Source: Eukaryota sp. TZLM1-RC
Taxonomy: Eukaryota > Protista > Metamonada: BaSk clade
DNA length: 64,000 bases
Reading direction: 5' to 3'
Assembly (NCBI GenBank): GCA_040285825.1
Contig: JAUPSS010000004.1
Coordinates: 1,525,801-1,589,800, forward strand
Under the pieces are notes generated by a model. That model was given only the letters and a program-made list of their open reading frames with translations, made no database searches and was not told the DNA's origin. Positions 25,125 to 40,300 of this stretch are shown in pieces; positions within the stretch are counted from its first letter, which is position 1; the number at the start of each line of letters is the position of its first letter. Made by a program: the position numbers and the translations under genes.

Positions 25125-26213
25125 TACCTGGTTGATCCTGCCAGTAGGCATATGCTTGTCTCAAAGATTAAGCCATGCATGTCTAAGTTCAGGAGTTTTC
25201 TCCGAAACAGCGAATGGCTCATTAAATCAGTGATAATTTATTTGATAGTACTTACTACTTGGATAACCGTGGTAATTCTAGAGCTAATACATGCAGCAAA
25301 TACTTCTTTTGAAGTATGCATTTATTAGATACAAAACCAATCCTGGCAACAGGTCTTTGGTGAATCATAATAACTATGCTGATCGCATGTCTTCGGACAG
25401 CGACATATCATTTAAATCACTGCCCTATCAACTAAATCGTAAGGTAGTGGCTTACGATGGTGATGACGGGTAACGGGGAATTAGGGTTTGATTCCGGAGA
25501 GGGAGCCTGAGAAATGGCTACCACATCCAAGGAAGGCAGCAGGCGCGAAAATTACCCAATCTCATTACGAGGAGGTAGTGACAAAAAATAACAATACTGG
25601 GCTCTTTTGAGTTCGTAATTGGAATGAGTACAACTTAAAACCTTTAACGAGGAGCTACTAGAGGGCAAGTCTGGTGCCAGCAGCCGCGGTAATTCCAGCT
25701 CTAGTAGTGTATCTTAAAATTGCTGCGTTTAAATCGTCCGTAGTTGAATCTCAGAATTTGCGTATCTTCAGGTTTTCCTGTTGGTAAACAGATTCTTCTG
25801 TCTGAGGACACTAGTCATTTGCTTCGGCGGTGGCTATTGAATTCAGACCGTTTACTTTGAAAAAATTAGAGTGTTCAAAGCAGGCTTTATGCAATTGAAT
25901 AACTTAGCATGGAATAATAGAATAGGACTTTGGTTCTGTTTTATTGGTTTTGAGAACTAGAGTAATGATTAAAAGGGACAGTTGGGGGCATTAGTACTCC
26001 GGTGTCAGAGGTGAAATTCTTGGATTGCCGGATGACTAACTACTGCGAAAGCATTTGCCAAAGATGTTCTCATTAATCAAGGTCGAAAGTTGGGGGATCG
26101 AAGACGATTAGACACCGTCGTAGTCTCAACCATAAACTATGCCGACTAGGGATTAGTAGGCGTTAAATACGACCCTATTAGCACCTTATGGGAAACCATA
26201 AGTTCTTGGGTAA

Positions 26214-26272
<59 letters not shown>

Positions 26273-26721
26273 TTGTGGAGCCTGCGGCTTAATCTGACTC
26301 AACACGGAGAAACTTACCAGGTCCAGACGTGATAAGGATTGACAGATTGATAGCTCTTTCATGATCTTACGGTTAGTGGCGCATGGCCGTTCTTAGTTGG
26401 TGGAGTGATTTGTCTGGTTAATTCCGATAACGAACGAGATCTAAATTGCTAACTAGTTTTATTCTATTTTCGGATAGTTTGAACTTCTTAGCGAGACTGC
26501 TGTGGTTTTACACAGAGGAAGGTTTAGGCAATAACAGGTCTGTGATGCCCTTAGATGTTCTGGGCCGCACGCGCGCTACAATGGTAGGTACAACGAGTTT
26601 GTCCTTAACCGAAAGGTTTGGGTAATCTTGTGAATACCTATCTTGACTGGGATAGATCCTTGCAATTATGGGTCTTGAACGAGGAATAACTTGTAAGTGC
26701 ATGTCATCAGCATGCGCTGAA

Positions 26722-26767
<46 letters not shown>

Positions 26768-26907
26768 GATGTTGAGGTGAAATGTTTGGACTCAATGGGT
26801 TAAGCTGCAAAGCAAGACTTGTTGGGAAAATTCAGTGAATCTTTGCATCTAGAGGAAGGAGAAGTCGTAACAAGGTATCCGTAGGTGAACCTGCGGATGG
26901 ATCATTG
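25125..26907 (+). rRNA. 18S: 18S rRNA, copy 2
   Basis: Same sequence as copy 1, offset by 11875 bp. Confidence 0.99.
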
Positions 26908-27006
26908 TCGTTTGTGAGCTTGGCTTGCCAAGTTTCACTTTAACTGAAACCTAATACCGAACCAACCCTTTTTATTATAAAAACTAATAGTTTCTATGAA
27001 ACATCC
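26908..27006 (+). other. ITS1, copy 2
   Basis: Matches ITS1 copy 1. Confidence 0.9.
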
Positions 27007-27168
27007 AACTTTCAGTGATGGATGTCTCGGCTCCTTTATCGATGAAGAACGCAGCGAATTGCGATACGTAATGTGAATTGCAGAATCTGTGAATCATCGA
27101 AACTTTGAACGCAAATGGTAGTTCTTTAGAGCTTCGGCTTTATTGAACTATACTTGAATCAGCGTCGT
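27007..27168 (+). rRNA. 5.8S: 5.8S rRNA, copy 2
   Basis: Matches copy 1. Confidence 0.97.
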
Positions 27169-27325
27169 CTTTTATTTTTCCATTTCGGATAATTGGAATT
27201 GAAGGTTACTTCTTTTCTTAAATAATCAAATATATGATTGACTTTTGTCAACATTTATTGTTGAAGGCAACTTTTACATTAATTGACGACTCATCTCTTT
27301 CATATATTGTCTTTTAGACATCATT
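27169..27325 (+). other. ITS2, copy 2
   Basis: Matches ITS2 copy 1. Confidence 0.88.
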
Positions 27326-27674
27326 TCGACCTGATTTCAAGTAAGATCACCCCCTGGACTTAAGCATATCAATAAGGGGAGGAAAAGAAAATAACTATGA
27401 TTTCCTTAGTAGCGGCGAGCGAACAGGAAAAAGCTCAAGACTGAATCTTTATGATCTTTAGATTGTGAAGAGTTGTAGTCTATGGAAACCAGTATTCGGT
27501 TCTCGATGTATAAGTCCTTTGGAAAAGGGTATCATGGAAGGTGAAAATCCTGTAAATGACATCGAAGTAATTGATTCACTACTGATTTTCCGAGAGTCGC
27601 GCTGTTTGGGAATGCAGCGTTAAATGTGGGGTAAGTTTCCCATAAAGCTAAATATAAAAGGAGACCGATAGTTC

Positions 27675-27705
<31 letters not shown>

Positions 27706-28546
27706 TCTGAAGAGAGAGTTAAAAGTACCTGAAATCACTGAAAGGATAAGCGATTGGAACTTGATATTGATAGCTTCGGCTGTCTTGCGTTGGAGTGATT
27801 TTGAAAATTGAGTGATTGTGGGAAGGTAGCTATAATGAACTTCGGTTTATTGTAGTGTTATAGCCTCATAAATTGTTCTTTTTTAAGAATCAGGAATACG
27901 GTTTTACCGAGACTCCAACATAAAAGGTTCAATTGTCCCGTCTTGAAACACGGACCAAGGAGTGTATCTCTTCTGCAAGTCGTAGGGTGTAAAAACCTGA
28001 AGGCGAAATGAAAGTAATTTTATGAGGGGAAGTTTCGACTGCACCCTCAACCAGTCCTTGCAAAGGGATCTGAGTATGAGCAGAATGGATACGACCCGAA
28101 AGCCGCTGAACTATGCCTGAATAGGATGAAGCCAGGGGAAACTCTGGTGGAAGTCCGTAGCGATGTTGACGTGCAAATCACTCGTCAAATTTGGGTATAG
28201 GGGCGAAAGACTCATCGAAGCGGCTAGTAGCTGGTTACGTTCGAAGTTTCCCCCAGGATAGCTGGAGCTTGTTTTAGTTTTGTCCGGTAAAGCTAATGAT
28301 TAGAGGTACTAGGGACGCAATGTCCTTAGCCTATTCTCAAACTTTAAATGGGCAAGATTTGTGATGATACTTAAGTGATCGTTGCAATTGAATAATAGCT
28401 CTAAGTGGGCCATTTTTGGTAAGCAGAACTGGCGATGTGGGATGCTCCAAAAGACATGTTAAGGTGCCTAAGTGTGCACTCATTTAGACCCCAGAAAAGG
28501 TGTTGGTTGATATTGACAGCAGGACGGTGGCCATGGAAGTCGGAAT

Positions 28547-28580
<34 letters not shown>

Positions 28581-29490
28581 TCAACTAGCCCTGAAAATTG
28601 ATGGCGCTAAAGTGTGCCACCTATACATGTCCATTAATTCATTTTATGAGTTAATGTGTAGAACGTCGTGGGGGTTGCGTAGAAGGTTCATTGTGAAATG
28701 GACTGGAGCAGCCTCTAGTGCAGATCTTGGTGGTAGTAGCAAATAAACAAGTTGGAATCTTGTTGACCGAAGTGGAGTAGGGTTCCATGGTAAAGGTATT
28801 CTGCCATGGGTTAGTCGGTCCTAAGGCACAGGTTAACTCTTTGAGAGGGGGCTTTTATAGCTCCGTCCTGTCGAAAGGGAAGCAGGTTAATATTCCTGCA
28901 CCAACAGTGGGTGTTCGTGGTAACACAATCGAATCTAGAGATGTCGGGGAGGATCCTGGGAAGAGTTATCTTTTCTTATTAACTGTCTATTGTCCATGGA
29001 ATCTGTTTAACAGGAGAAGTGGATATAAGATAGGAAGAGCATTACGTTTTTGTAATGTCCGGTGTATTCTCAACGGCCCTTGAAAATCTAGAGGAGTAAT
29101 CACTTCATTGTTGTCCGTACCGATAACCGCATCAGGTCTCCAAGGTGTGTAGCCTCTGGTCTATAGAAGAACGTAGGTAAGGGAAGTCGGCAAAATAGAT
29201 CCGTAACTTCGGGATAAGGATTGGCTCTAGGGGCCTTGTGTAAGAGCCCTAGTGGTGACGCACTGAGCGTTGATGTGATTGGCAACAATTGCGTTGATGC
29301 GAGGTGTTGATCCATTGGGATTACTTTTATGCAATTAAAGGTCAACCTAGAACTGTAACGGACAAAGGGAACCCGACTGTTTAATCGAAACAAAGCTTTC
29401 TGATGGCCGGAAACGGTGTTGACAGAAAGTGATTTCTGCTCAGTGCTCTGAATGTCATTGTGAAGAGATTCAATCAAGCACGGGTAAACA

Positions 29491-29535
<45 letters not shown>

Positions 29536-29536
29536 C

Positions 29537-29569
<33 letters not shown>

Positions 29570-29591
29570 GTTCCCACTGTCCCTACCTACC

Positions 29592-29627
<36 letters not shown>

Positions 29628-29633
29628 TAATTC

Positions 29634-29671
<38 letters not shown>

Positions 29672-30029
29672 TGATATTGTGAACCGATTCAGGAGGTGTA
29701 GCGTACAGGGAGTAGATTTATCTACGCCAATGAAACACCCTGACTCTTGACATTGGTTTGCTAACTTAATTAATCCGAAACAGGTTTCCTGTTTCAAGAT
29801 TTAAGTGTCTTCGGATACGATCGGATTTAAGGACATTGTCAGATGGGGAGTTTGGCTGGGGCGGCACATCTCCAAAATAATAACGGAGGTGTCCTAAGGT
29901 GAGCTCAATGAGAACAGAAATCTCATGTAGAACATAAGGGTAAAAGCTCACTTGATTTTGATTTTCAGTATGAATACAAACCAAGAAATTGTGGCCTAAC
30001 GATCCTTTAACTATAAGAAACTTTTAGCT

Positions 30030-30072
<43 letters not shown>

Positions 30073-30174
30073 AGCCAAGCGTTCATAGCGACGTTGCTTT
30101 TTGATTCTTCGATGTCGGCTCTTCCTATCATTGAGAAGCAGAATTCTCAAAGCGTTGGATTGTTCACCCATTAA

Positions 30175-30230
<56 letters not shown>

Positions 30231-30628
30231 AATAATTGTCATCCTAATAGTAAAAGCAACCCAGTACGAGAGGAACCGTTGTTTCGCATAATTGGTATTT
30301 ACGCTTATCTGAAAAGATATTGGTGTGAAGCTAACATGCGTTGGATTATAGCTGAACGCCTCTAAGCTAGTATCCAACCTAGAAAGGATGATATATTGAC
30401 CTGCAAATTTAATCGATAAAGATTAGGATTGTGTTTACACAGTCCCAATATCTCATCAGTGGGATTGATGTTTAGTCTAAGTACTATTCATTGATCATTG
30501 AAACTATGAAGATTCGCAGGATCATGAAACCTTGGCAGACGACCAAGATACGGAACTCATTGCTGTAAGTGTAAGAGTATCGTTTTTGATACGATTTACT
30601 GAGGCTCATATGAAGTTCCTAGTTTCGT
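27326..30628 (+). rRNA. 28S: 28S rRNA, copy 2
   Basis: Matches copy 1 apart from a few SNPs and homopolymer differences. Confidence 0.98.
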
Positions 30629-31328
30629 ATATTGACCAATGGTTGTTTATTACAATCATTGGTCAAATCTTTAAAGTCCATTTTGGGACAATTAATATAA
30701 CAATTGTGGTGTTAAAGTCCGTGCTATGGTCATTTGAGTAGTCATTGGTATGATTGGTTGAATGGTCATTGGTATGATTAGATGAGTTGCATGTAGTCTT
30801 TATGTACTAGATGTGATCAACTTGTGATCAAACTTTGTGTGAAATTGTGTGTTAGTAATGTTGGCTATGTGTTATTTGATCAGTACAAACTCATGATTAC
30901 ATTTTTCAAATGATTTTGTATATATTTGAATTAATTGAGTGTATTAATTTTTTTAAACATTAAATTGTAAAAAAAGTAAAAAATCAAAAAGTATACAATT
31001 GAATGTTGTAAACTAATAAAACAATTGCTGTAAGTGTAAGAGTATCGTTTTTGATACGATTTACTGAGGCTCATATGAAGTTCCTAGTTTCGTATATTGA
31101 CCAATGGTTGTTTATTACAATCATTGGTCAAATCTTTAAAGTCCATTTTGGGACAATTAATATAACAATTGTGGTGTTAAAGTCCGTGCTATGGTCATTT
31201 GATTAGTCATTGGTATGATTGGTTGAATGGTCATTGGTATGATTAGATGAGTTGCATGTAGTCTTTATGTACTAGATGTGATCAACTTGTGATCAAACTT
31301 TGTGTGAAATTGTGTGTTAGTAATGTTG
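30559..31328 (+). repeat. A units after 28S copy 2: one full and one truncated copy
   Basis: ATTGCTGTAAG at 30559 and 31024. Ends at the same GTAATGTTG|TAATACATTG junction as 5694. Confidence 0.94.
30632..30666 (+). terminator. 3'-ETS hairpin, unit 2
   Basis: Same 15-bp stem-loop as 18757-18791. Confidence 0.55.
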
Positions 31329-34300
31329 TAATACATTGTTGCATGAACTTCTACATTGATAAAGAAAATTATTTTACTTTTGTTATTTCACAGAAACAAA
31401 AAAATAAATTCCAAAAAAATTTACAATTTCACTTTCATTTTGAATGTATTCTAGAAACAGATATCGTTTGCTTGATTTGAATCAAAAGGTGATCGTTTGT
31501 ATATGGCAACGGTAACGCTATTTTCTGCACGATTATCATTCTTTTGATTAGGTCAGTATCTTTTTCAAAATTTAAGAGCTTTATACATCATTAAAACCAA
31601 TGTTCATATCATTCATTTGATTTGAATTCCTTTGTTGATAATCTTTTTACAACATTTGCGACATTTTATACATGGTTATCTTGCCTTTGAAAAAATGGAA
31701 ACGAATGGCGCATTTTACAAGAGAAGTTTTCAAGTTTATAAACTACAGCATGTGTTCTTGATCACATTTTGGTGTAAAAAAAACATTGTTGCGTGAACTT
31801 TTACATTGATAAAGAAGTTTTTCTTTTTTATTAAACATAAATAAAAAATAAATTCAAAATTTCATAAATTCAACAAACACTTTTATTGCAAAATCAGTAC
31901 ACGAAATCAGATGCTCTATTGATCAAAAATACTGCACCAAAAAAAGCTAAAACAATTTGGCATAGTTTTCATTTGAAATCCCCATTTCTTATATGACAAA
32001 AAGACTCCACACTTGACAATAAATCTTTGAATTGTAATATCCATATGAGTGTTTTAAACGCTGTTGAATGTTATTGTGTTTTCACACTTTCTGTGGAAAC
32101 ATGCTTATGCACAAGTGATACAAGGCAGGTTTGATACATGAAGAAATGATTTATGTATTCTGTTTCAATGGCAATCTTGAAAACAATAGTGTTGGCAGAA
32201 AAGATGATGTATGTACTGAAAAGAATACTGTCCAGGAAAACTTTATTACGATAGAGTCTTCATCAAGAAGAAAAGTACAACGGTGAAGACATCAAGCCAA
32301 TCCATGAACAATTGAGATCAAAAAGAGTGATTGAGTCAAACGAAACACTTACAATAACCGATAGGTACAAGATTTACGGAATAGAAATCCAAAATGCGCT
32401 AGGCAAGGCTGCTGCACTGATGGCAATTGTGATGTCTACCCTTCTGCCCCGAAGAATCATGGCACTAAGAGTATAATGTGTTTGAAGTTACAGACGCATC
32501 CCAAAGTCGGAGTACGGAAATGAAAAAAACCGCAGAAGGTTGCTCAGGTTGGAGGTTTCAAACTTCAGATTTTCCAATTTTGACATTGGAATTTTTACCA
32601 ACCCATAATGCAATTAATTTTTGGTTTTGCTTTCCTGTTTTTCTGCATGTGTTTCGTATATGGCAACGGTTACGCTAACTTCTGTACGATTATCATTTTT
32701 TTGATTAGATTAGTATTTCTTTCAAAATTTTGAGCTTTATACATCATTAAAACCAATGTTCATGTCATTCATTTGATTTGAATTCCTTTGTTGATAATCT
32801 TTTTACAACATTTGCAACAATTTATACATGGTTATCTTGCCTTTGAAAAAATGGAAACGAATGGCGCATTTTACAAGAGAAGTTTTCAAGTTTATAAATA
32901 CAACATGTGTTCTTGATCACATTTTTGGTGTAAAAAAACATTGTTGCGTGAGCTTTTACATTGATAAAGAAGTTTTTCTTTTTTTATTAAACATAAATAA
33001 AAAATAAGTTTAAAATTTCATAAATTCAACAAACACTTTTCTTGCAAAATCAGTACACGAAACTAGATGCTCTATTGATCAAAAATACTGCACCAAAAAA
33101 GCTAAAACAATTTGTCATAGTTTTCATTTGAAATCCCCATTTCTTATATGACAAAAAAACTCCACACTTGACAATAAATCTTTGAATTGTAATATCCATA
33201 TGAGTGTTTCAAACGCTGTTGAATGTTATTGTGTTTTCACACTTTCTGTGAAAACATGCTTATGCACAAGTGATACAAGGCAGGTTTGATACATGAAGAA
33301 ATGATTTATGTATTCTGTTTCAATGGCAATCTTGAAAACAATAGTGTTGGCAGAAAAGATGATGTATGTACTGAAAAGAATACTGTCCAGGAAAACTTTA
33401 TTATGATAGAGTCTTCATCAAAAAGAAAGTACAACGGTGAAGACATCAAGCCAATCCATGAACAATTGAGATCAAAAGAGTGATTGAGTCAAACGAAACA
33501 CTGACAATAACCGATAGGTAAAAGATTTACGGAATAGAAATCCAAAATGCGCTAGGCAAGGCTGCTGCACTGATGGCAATCGTGATGCCTACCCTTCTGC
33601 CCCGAAGAATCATGGCACTAAGAGTATAATGTGTTTTAAAGTTACAGACGCATCCCAAAGTCGGAGTACGGAAATGAAAAAAAACCGCAGAAGGTTGCTC
33701 AGGTTGGAGGTTTCAAACTTCAGATTTTTCCAATTTTGACATTGGAATTTTACCAACCCATAATGCAATTAATTTTTGGTTTTTGCTTTCCTGTTTTTCT
33801 GCATGTGTTTGTATATGGCAGCAGTAACGCTAATTTCTGTACGATTATCATTCTTTTTGATTAGATTAGTATTTCTTTCAAAATTTTGAGCTTTATACAT
33901 CATTAAAACCAATGTTCATGTCATTCATTTGATTTGAATTCCTTTGTTGATAATCTTTTACAACATTTGCAACAATTTATACATGGTTATCTTGCCTTTG
34001 AAAAATGGAAACGAATGGCGCATTTTACAAGAGAAGTTTTCAAGTTTATAAATACAACATGTGTTCTTGATCACATTTTTGGTGTAAAAAAACATTGTTG
34101 CGTGAGCTTTTACATTGATAAAGAAGTTTTTCTTTTTTTTATTAAACATAAATAAAAAATAAGTTTAAAATTTCATAAATTCAACAAACACTTTTCTTGC
34201 AAAATCAGTACACGAAACTAGATGCTCTATTGATCAAAAATACTGCACCAAAAAAGCTAAAACAATTTGTCATAGTTTTCATTTGAAATCCCCATTTCTT

Positions 34301-37300
34301 ATATGACAAAAAAAACTCCACACTTGACAATAAATCTTTGAATTGTAATATCCATATGAGTGTTTCAAACGCTGTTGAATGTTATTGTGTTTTCACACTT
34401 TCTGTGAAAACATGCTTATGCACAAGTGATACAAGGCAGGTTTGATACATGAAGAAATGATTTATGTATTCTGTTTCAATGGCAATCTTGAAAACAATAG
34501 TGTTGGCAGAAAAGATGATGTATGTACTGAAAAGAATACTGTCCAGGAAAACTTTATTATGATAGAGTCTTCATCAAAAAGAAAGTACAACGGTGAAGAC
34601 ATCAAGCCAATCCATGAACAATTGAGATCAAAAGAGTGATTGAGTCAAACGAAACACTGACAATAACCGATAGGTAAAAGATTTACGGAATAGAAATCCA
34701 AAATGCGCTAGGCAAGGCTGCTGCACTGATGGCAATCGTGATGCCTACCCTTCTGCCCCGAAGAATCATGGCACTAAGAGTATAATGTGTTTAAAGTTAC
34801 AGACGCATCCCAAAGTCGGAGTACGGAAATGAAAAAAACCGCAGAAGGTTGCTCAGGTTGGAGGTTTCAAACTTCAGATTTTCCAATTTTGACATTGGAA
34901 TTTTACCAACCCTTAATGCAATTAATTTTGGTTTTGCTTTCCTGTTTTCTGCATGTGTTTGTATATGGCAACGGTAACGCTAATTTCTGTACGATTATCA
35001 TTCTTTTGATTAGATTAGTATTTCTTTCAAAATTTTGAGCTTTATACATCATTAAAACCAATGTTCATGTCATTCATTTGATTTGAATTCCTTTGTTGAT
35101 AATCTTTTTACAACATTTGCAACAATTTATACATGGTTATCTTGCCTTTGAAAAAATGGAAACGAATGGCGCATTTTACAAGAGAAGTTTTCAAGTTTAT
35201 AAATACAACATGTGTTCTTGATCACATTGTTGGTGTAAAAAACATTGTTGCGTGAGCTTTTACATTGATAAAGAAGTTTTTCTTTTTTTTATTAAACATA
35301 AATAAAAAATAAGTTTAAAATTTCATAAATTCAACAAACACTTTTCTTGCAAAATCAGTACACGAAACTAGATGCTCTATTGATCAAAAATACTGCACCA
35401 AAAAGCTAAAACAATTTGTCATAGTTTTCATTTGAAATCCCCATTTCTTATATGACAAAAAAACTCCACACTTGACAATAAATCTTTGAATTGTAATATC
35501 CATATGAGTGTTTCAAACGCTGTTGAATGTTATTGTGTTTTCACACTTTCTGTGAAAACATGCTTATGCACAAGTGATACAAGGCAGGTTTGATACATGA
35601 AGAAATGATTTATGTATTCTGTTTCAATGGCAATCTTGAAAACAATAGTGTTGGCAGAAAAGATGATGTATGTACTGAAAAGAATACTGTCCAGGAAAAC
35701 TTTATTATGATAGAGTCTTCATCAAAAAGAAAGTACAACGGTGAAGACATCAAGCCAATCCATGAACAATTGAGATCAAAAGAGTGATTGAGTCAAACGA
35801 AACACTGACAATAACCGATAGGTAAAAGATTTACGGAATAGAAATCCAAAATGCGCTAGGCAAGGCTGCTGCACTGATGGCAATCGTGATGCCTACCCTT
35901 CTGCCCCGAAGAATCATGGCACTAAGAGTATAATGTGTTTAAAGTTACAGACGCATCCCAAAGTCGGAGTACGGAAATGAAAAAAACCGCAGAAGGTTGC
36001 TCAGGTTGAAGGTTTCAAACTTCAGATTTTCCAATTTTGACATTGGAATTTTACCAACCCATAATGCAATTAATTTTGGTTTTGCTTTCCTGTTTTCTGC
36101 ATGTGTTTGTATATGGCAACGGTAACGCTAATTTCTGTACGATTATCATTCTTTTGATTAGATTAGTATTTCTTTCAAAATTTTGAGCTTTATGCATCAT
36201 TGAAACCAATGTTCATGTCATTGATCTGATTTAAATTCTTTTGTTGATAATCCTTTTGCAATTGTTGTGACAATTTATACATGGTTATCTTGCCTTTAAA
36301 AAAATCGAAACGAATGGCGCAATTTACAGGAGAAGTTTTCAATTTATGAATAGCACCACTGGTTTTTGATCACATTTTTGGTGTAAAAAAAACATTGTTG
36401 CGTGAACTTTTACATTGATAAAGAAAATTATTTTACTTTTGTTATTTGACAGAAACAAAAAAATAAATTTTAAAAATTTACAGTTTCACTTTCATTTTGA
36501 ATGTATTCTAAAAACAGATATCATTTTTGACTTGAATCAAAAGGTGATCGTTTGTAAAAGGCAACGGTAACGCTATTTTCTGCACGATTATCATTCTTTT
36601 GATTAGGTCAGTATCTTTTCAAAATTTATGAGCTTTATACATCATTAAAACCAATGTTCATGTCATTCATTTGATTTAAATTCCTTTGTTGATAATCTTT
36701 TTACAACATTTGCGACAATTTATACATGGTTATCTTGCCTTTGAAAAATGGAAACGAATGGCGCATTTTACAAGAGAAGTTTTCAAGTTTATAGATACAG
36801 CATGTGTTCTTGATCACATTTTGGTGTAAAAAAACATTGTTGCGTGAACTTTTACATTGATAAAGAAAATTATTTTACTTTTGTTATTTGACAGAAACAA
36901 AAAATAAATTCAAAAAATTTACAGTTTCACTTTCATTTTGAATGTATTCTAGAAACAGATATCGTTTGTTTGATTTGAATCAAAAGGTGATCGTTTGTAT
37001 ATGGCAACGGTAACGCTATTTTCTGCACGATTATCATTCTTTTGATTAGGTCAGTATCTTTTTCAAAATTTAAGAGCTTTATACATCATTAAAACCAATG
37101 TTCATGTCATTCATTTGATTTGAATTCCTTTGTTGATAATCTTTTTACAACATTTGCGACAATTTATACATGGTTATCTTGCCTTTGAAAAAATGGGAAA
37201 CGAATGGCGCATTTTACAAGAGAAGTTTTCAAGTTTATAAATACAGCATGTGTTCTTGATCACATTTTTGGTGTAGAAAAACATTGTTGCATGAACTTTT

Positions 37301-40300
37301 ACATTGATAAAGAAAATTATTTTACTTTTGTTATTTCACAGAAACAAAAAAATAAATTCCAAAAAATTTACAATTTCACTTTCATTTTGAATGTATTCTA
37401 GAAACAGATATCGTTTGTTTGATTTGAATCAAAAGGTGATCGTTTGTATATGGCAACGGTAACGCTATTTTCTGCACGATTATCATTCTTTTGATTAGGT
37501 CAGTATCTTTTTCAAAATTTATGAGCTTTATACATCATTAAAACCAATGTTCATGTCATTCATTTGATTTGAATTCCTTTGTTGATAATCTTTTTACAAC
37601 ATTTGCGACAATTTATACATGGTTATCTTGCCTTTGAAAAAATGGAAACGAATGGCGCATTTTACAAGAGAAGTTTTCAAGTTTATAAATACAACATGTG
37701 TTCTTGATCACATTTTTGGTGTAAAAAAACATTGTTGCGTGAGCTTTTACATTGATAAAGAAGTTTTTCTTTTTTTTATTAAACATAAATAAAAAATAAG
37801 TTTAAAATTTCATAAATTCAACAAACACTTTTCTTGCAAAATCAGTACACGAAACTAGATGCTCTATTGATCAAAAATACTGCACCAAAAAGCTAAAACA
37901 ATTTGTCATAGTTTTCATTTGAAATCCCCATTTCTTATATGACAAAAAAACTCCACACTTGACAATAAATCTTTGAATTGTAATATCCATATGAGTGTTT
38001 CAAACGCTGTTGAATGTTATTGTGTTTTCACACTTTCTGTGAAAACATGCTTATGCACAAGTGATACAAGGCAGGTTTGATACATGAAGAAATGATTTAT
38101 GTATTCTGTTTCAATGGCAATCTTGAAAACAATAGTGTTGGCAGAAAAGATGATGTATGTACTGAAAAGAATACTGTCCAGGAAAACTTTATTATGATAG
38201 AGTCTTCATCAAAAAGAAAGTACAACGGTGAAGACATCAAGCCAATCCATGAACAATTGAGATCAAAAGAGTGATTGAGTCAAACGAAACACTGACAATA
38301 ACCGATAGGTAAAAGATTTACGGAATAGAAATCCAAAATGCGCTAGGCAAGGCTGCTGCACTGATGGCAATCGTGATGCCTACCCTTCTGCCCCGAAGAA
38401 TCATGGCACTAAGAGTATAATGTGTTTAAAGTTACAGACGCATCCCAAAGTCGGAGTACGGAAATGAAAAAAACCGCAGAAGGTTGCTCAGGTTGGAAGA
38501 TCAGATTTTGGGTCTGGTTTCAAACTTCAGATTTTCCAATTTTGACATTGGAATTTTACCAACCCATAATGCAATTAATTTTGGTTTTGCTTTCCTGTTT
38601 TCTGCATGTGTTTGTATATGGCAACGGTAACGCTAATTTCTGTACGATTATCATTCTTTTGATTAGATTAGTATTTCTTTCAAAATTTTGAGCTTTATGC
38701 ATCATTGAAACCAATGTTCATGTCATTGATCTGATTTAAATTCTTTTGTTGATAATCCTTTTGCAATTGTTGTGACAATTTATACATGGTTATCTTGCCT
38801 TTAAAAAAATCGAAACGAATGGCGCAATTTACAGGAGAAGTTTTCAATTTATGAATAGCACCACTGGTTTTTGATCACATTTTTGGTGTAAAAAAACATT
38901 GTTGCGTGAACTTTTACATTGATAAAGAAAATTATTTTACTTTTGTTATTTGACAGAAACAAAAAAATAAATTTTTAAAAAATTTACAGTTTCACTTTCA
39001 TTTTGAATGTATTCTAAAAACAGATATCATTTGTTTGACTTGAATCAAAAGGTGATCGTTTGTAAAAGGCAACGGTAACGCTATTTTCTGCACGATTATC
39101 ATTCTTTTGATTAGGTCAGTATCTTTTTCAAAATTTATGAGCTTTATACATCATTAAAACCAATGTTCATGTCATTCATTTGATTTGAATTCCTTTGTTG
39201 ATAATCTTTTTACAACATTTGCGACAATTTATACATGGTTATCTTGCCTTTGAAAAAATGGAAACGAATGGCGCATTTTACAAGAGAAGTTTTCAAGTTT
39301 ATAAATACAGCATGTGTTCTTGATCACATTTTTGGTGTAGAAAAACATTGTTGCATGAACTTTTACATTGATAAAGAAAATTATTTTACTTTTGTTATTT
39401 CACAGAAACAAAAAATAAATTCCAAAAAAATTACAATTTCACTTTCATTTTGAATGTATTCTAGAAACAGATATCGTTTGTTTGATTTGAATCAAAAGGT
39501 GATCGTTTGTATATGGCAACGGTAACGCTATTTTCTGCACGATTATCATTCTTTTGATTAGGTCAGTATCTTTTTCAAAATTTATGAGCTTTATACATCA
39601 TTAAAACCAATGTTCATGTCATTCATTTGATTTGAATTCCTTTGTTGATAATCTTTTTACAACATTTGCGACAATTTATACATGGTTATCTTGCCTTTGA
39701 AAAAATGGAAACGAATGGCGCATTTTACAAGAGAAGTTTTCAAGTTTATAAATACAGCATGTGTTCTTGATCACATTTTGGTGTAGAAAAACATTGTTGC
39801 ATGAACTTTTACATTGATAAAGAAAATTATTTTACTTTTGTTATTTCACAGAAACAAAAAATAAATTCCAAAAAATTTACAATTTCACTTTCATTTTGAA
39901 TGTATTCTAGAAACAGATATCGTTTGTTTGATTTGAATCAAAAGGTGATCGTTTGTATATGGCAACGGTAACGCTATTTTCTGCACGATTATCATTCTTT
40001 TGATTAGGTCAGTATCTTTTCAAAATTTATGAGCTTTATACATCATTAAAACCAATGTTCATGTCATTCATTTGATTTGAATTCCTTTGTTGATAATCTT
40101 TTTACAACATTTGCAACAATTTATACATGGTTATCTTGCCTTTGAAAAATGGAAACGAATGGCGCATTTTACAAGAGAAGTTTTCAAGTTTATAAATACA
40201 ACATGTGTTCTTGATCACATTTTTGGTGTAAAAAACATTGTTGCGTGAACTTTTACATTGATAAAGAAGTTTTTCTTTTTTATTAAACATAAATAAAAAA

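Noticed and set aside
19118-34200. Frequent homopolymer length differences as biological variation or programmed frameshifts
   Set aside because: They are almost confined to A/T/C/G runs and also occur in the rRNA genes, which is typical of long-read consensus error.
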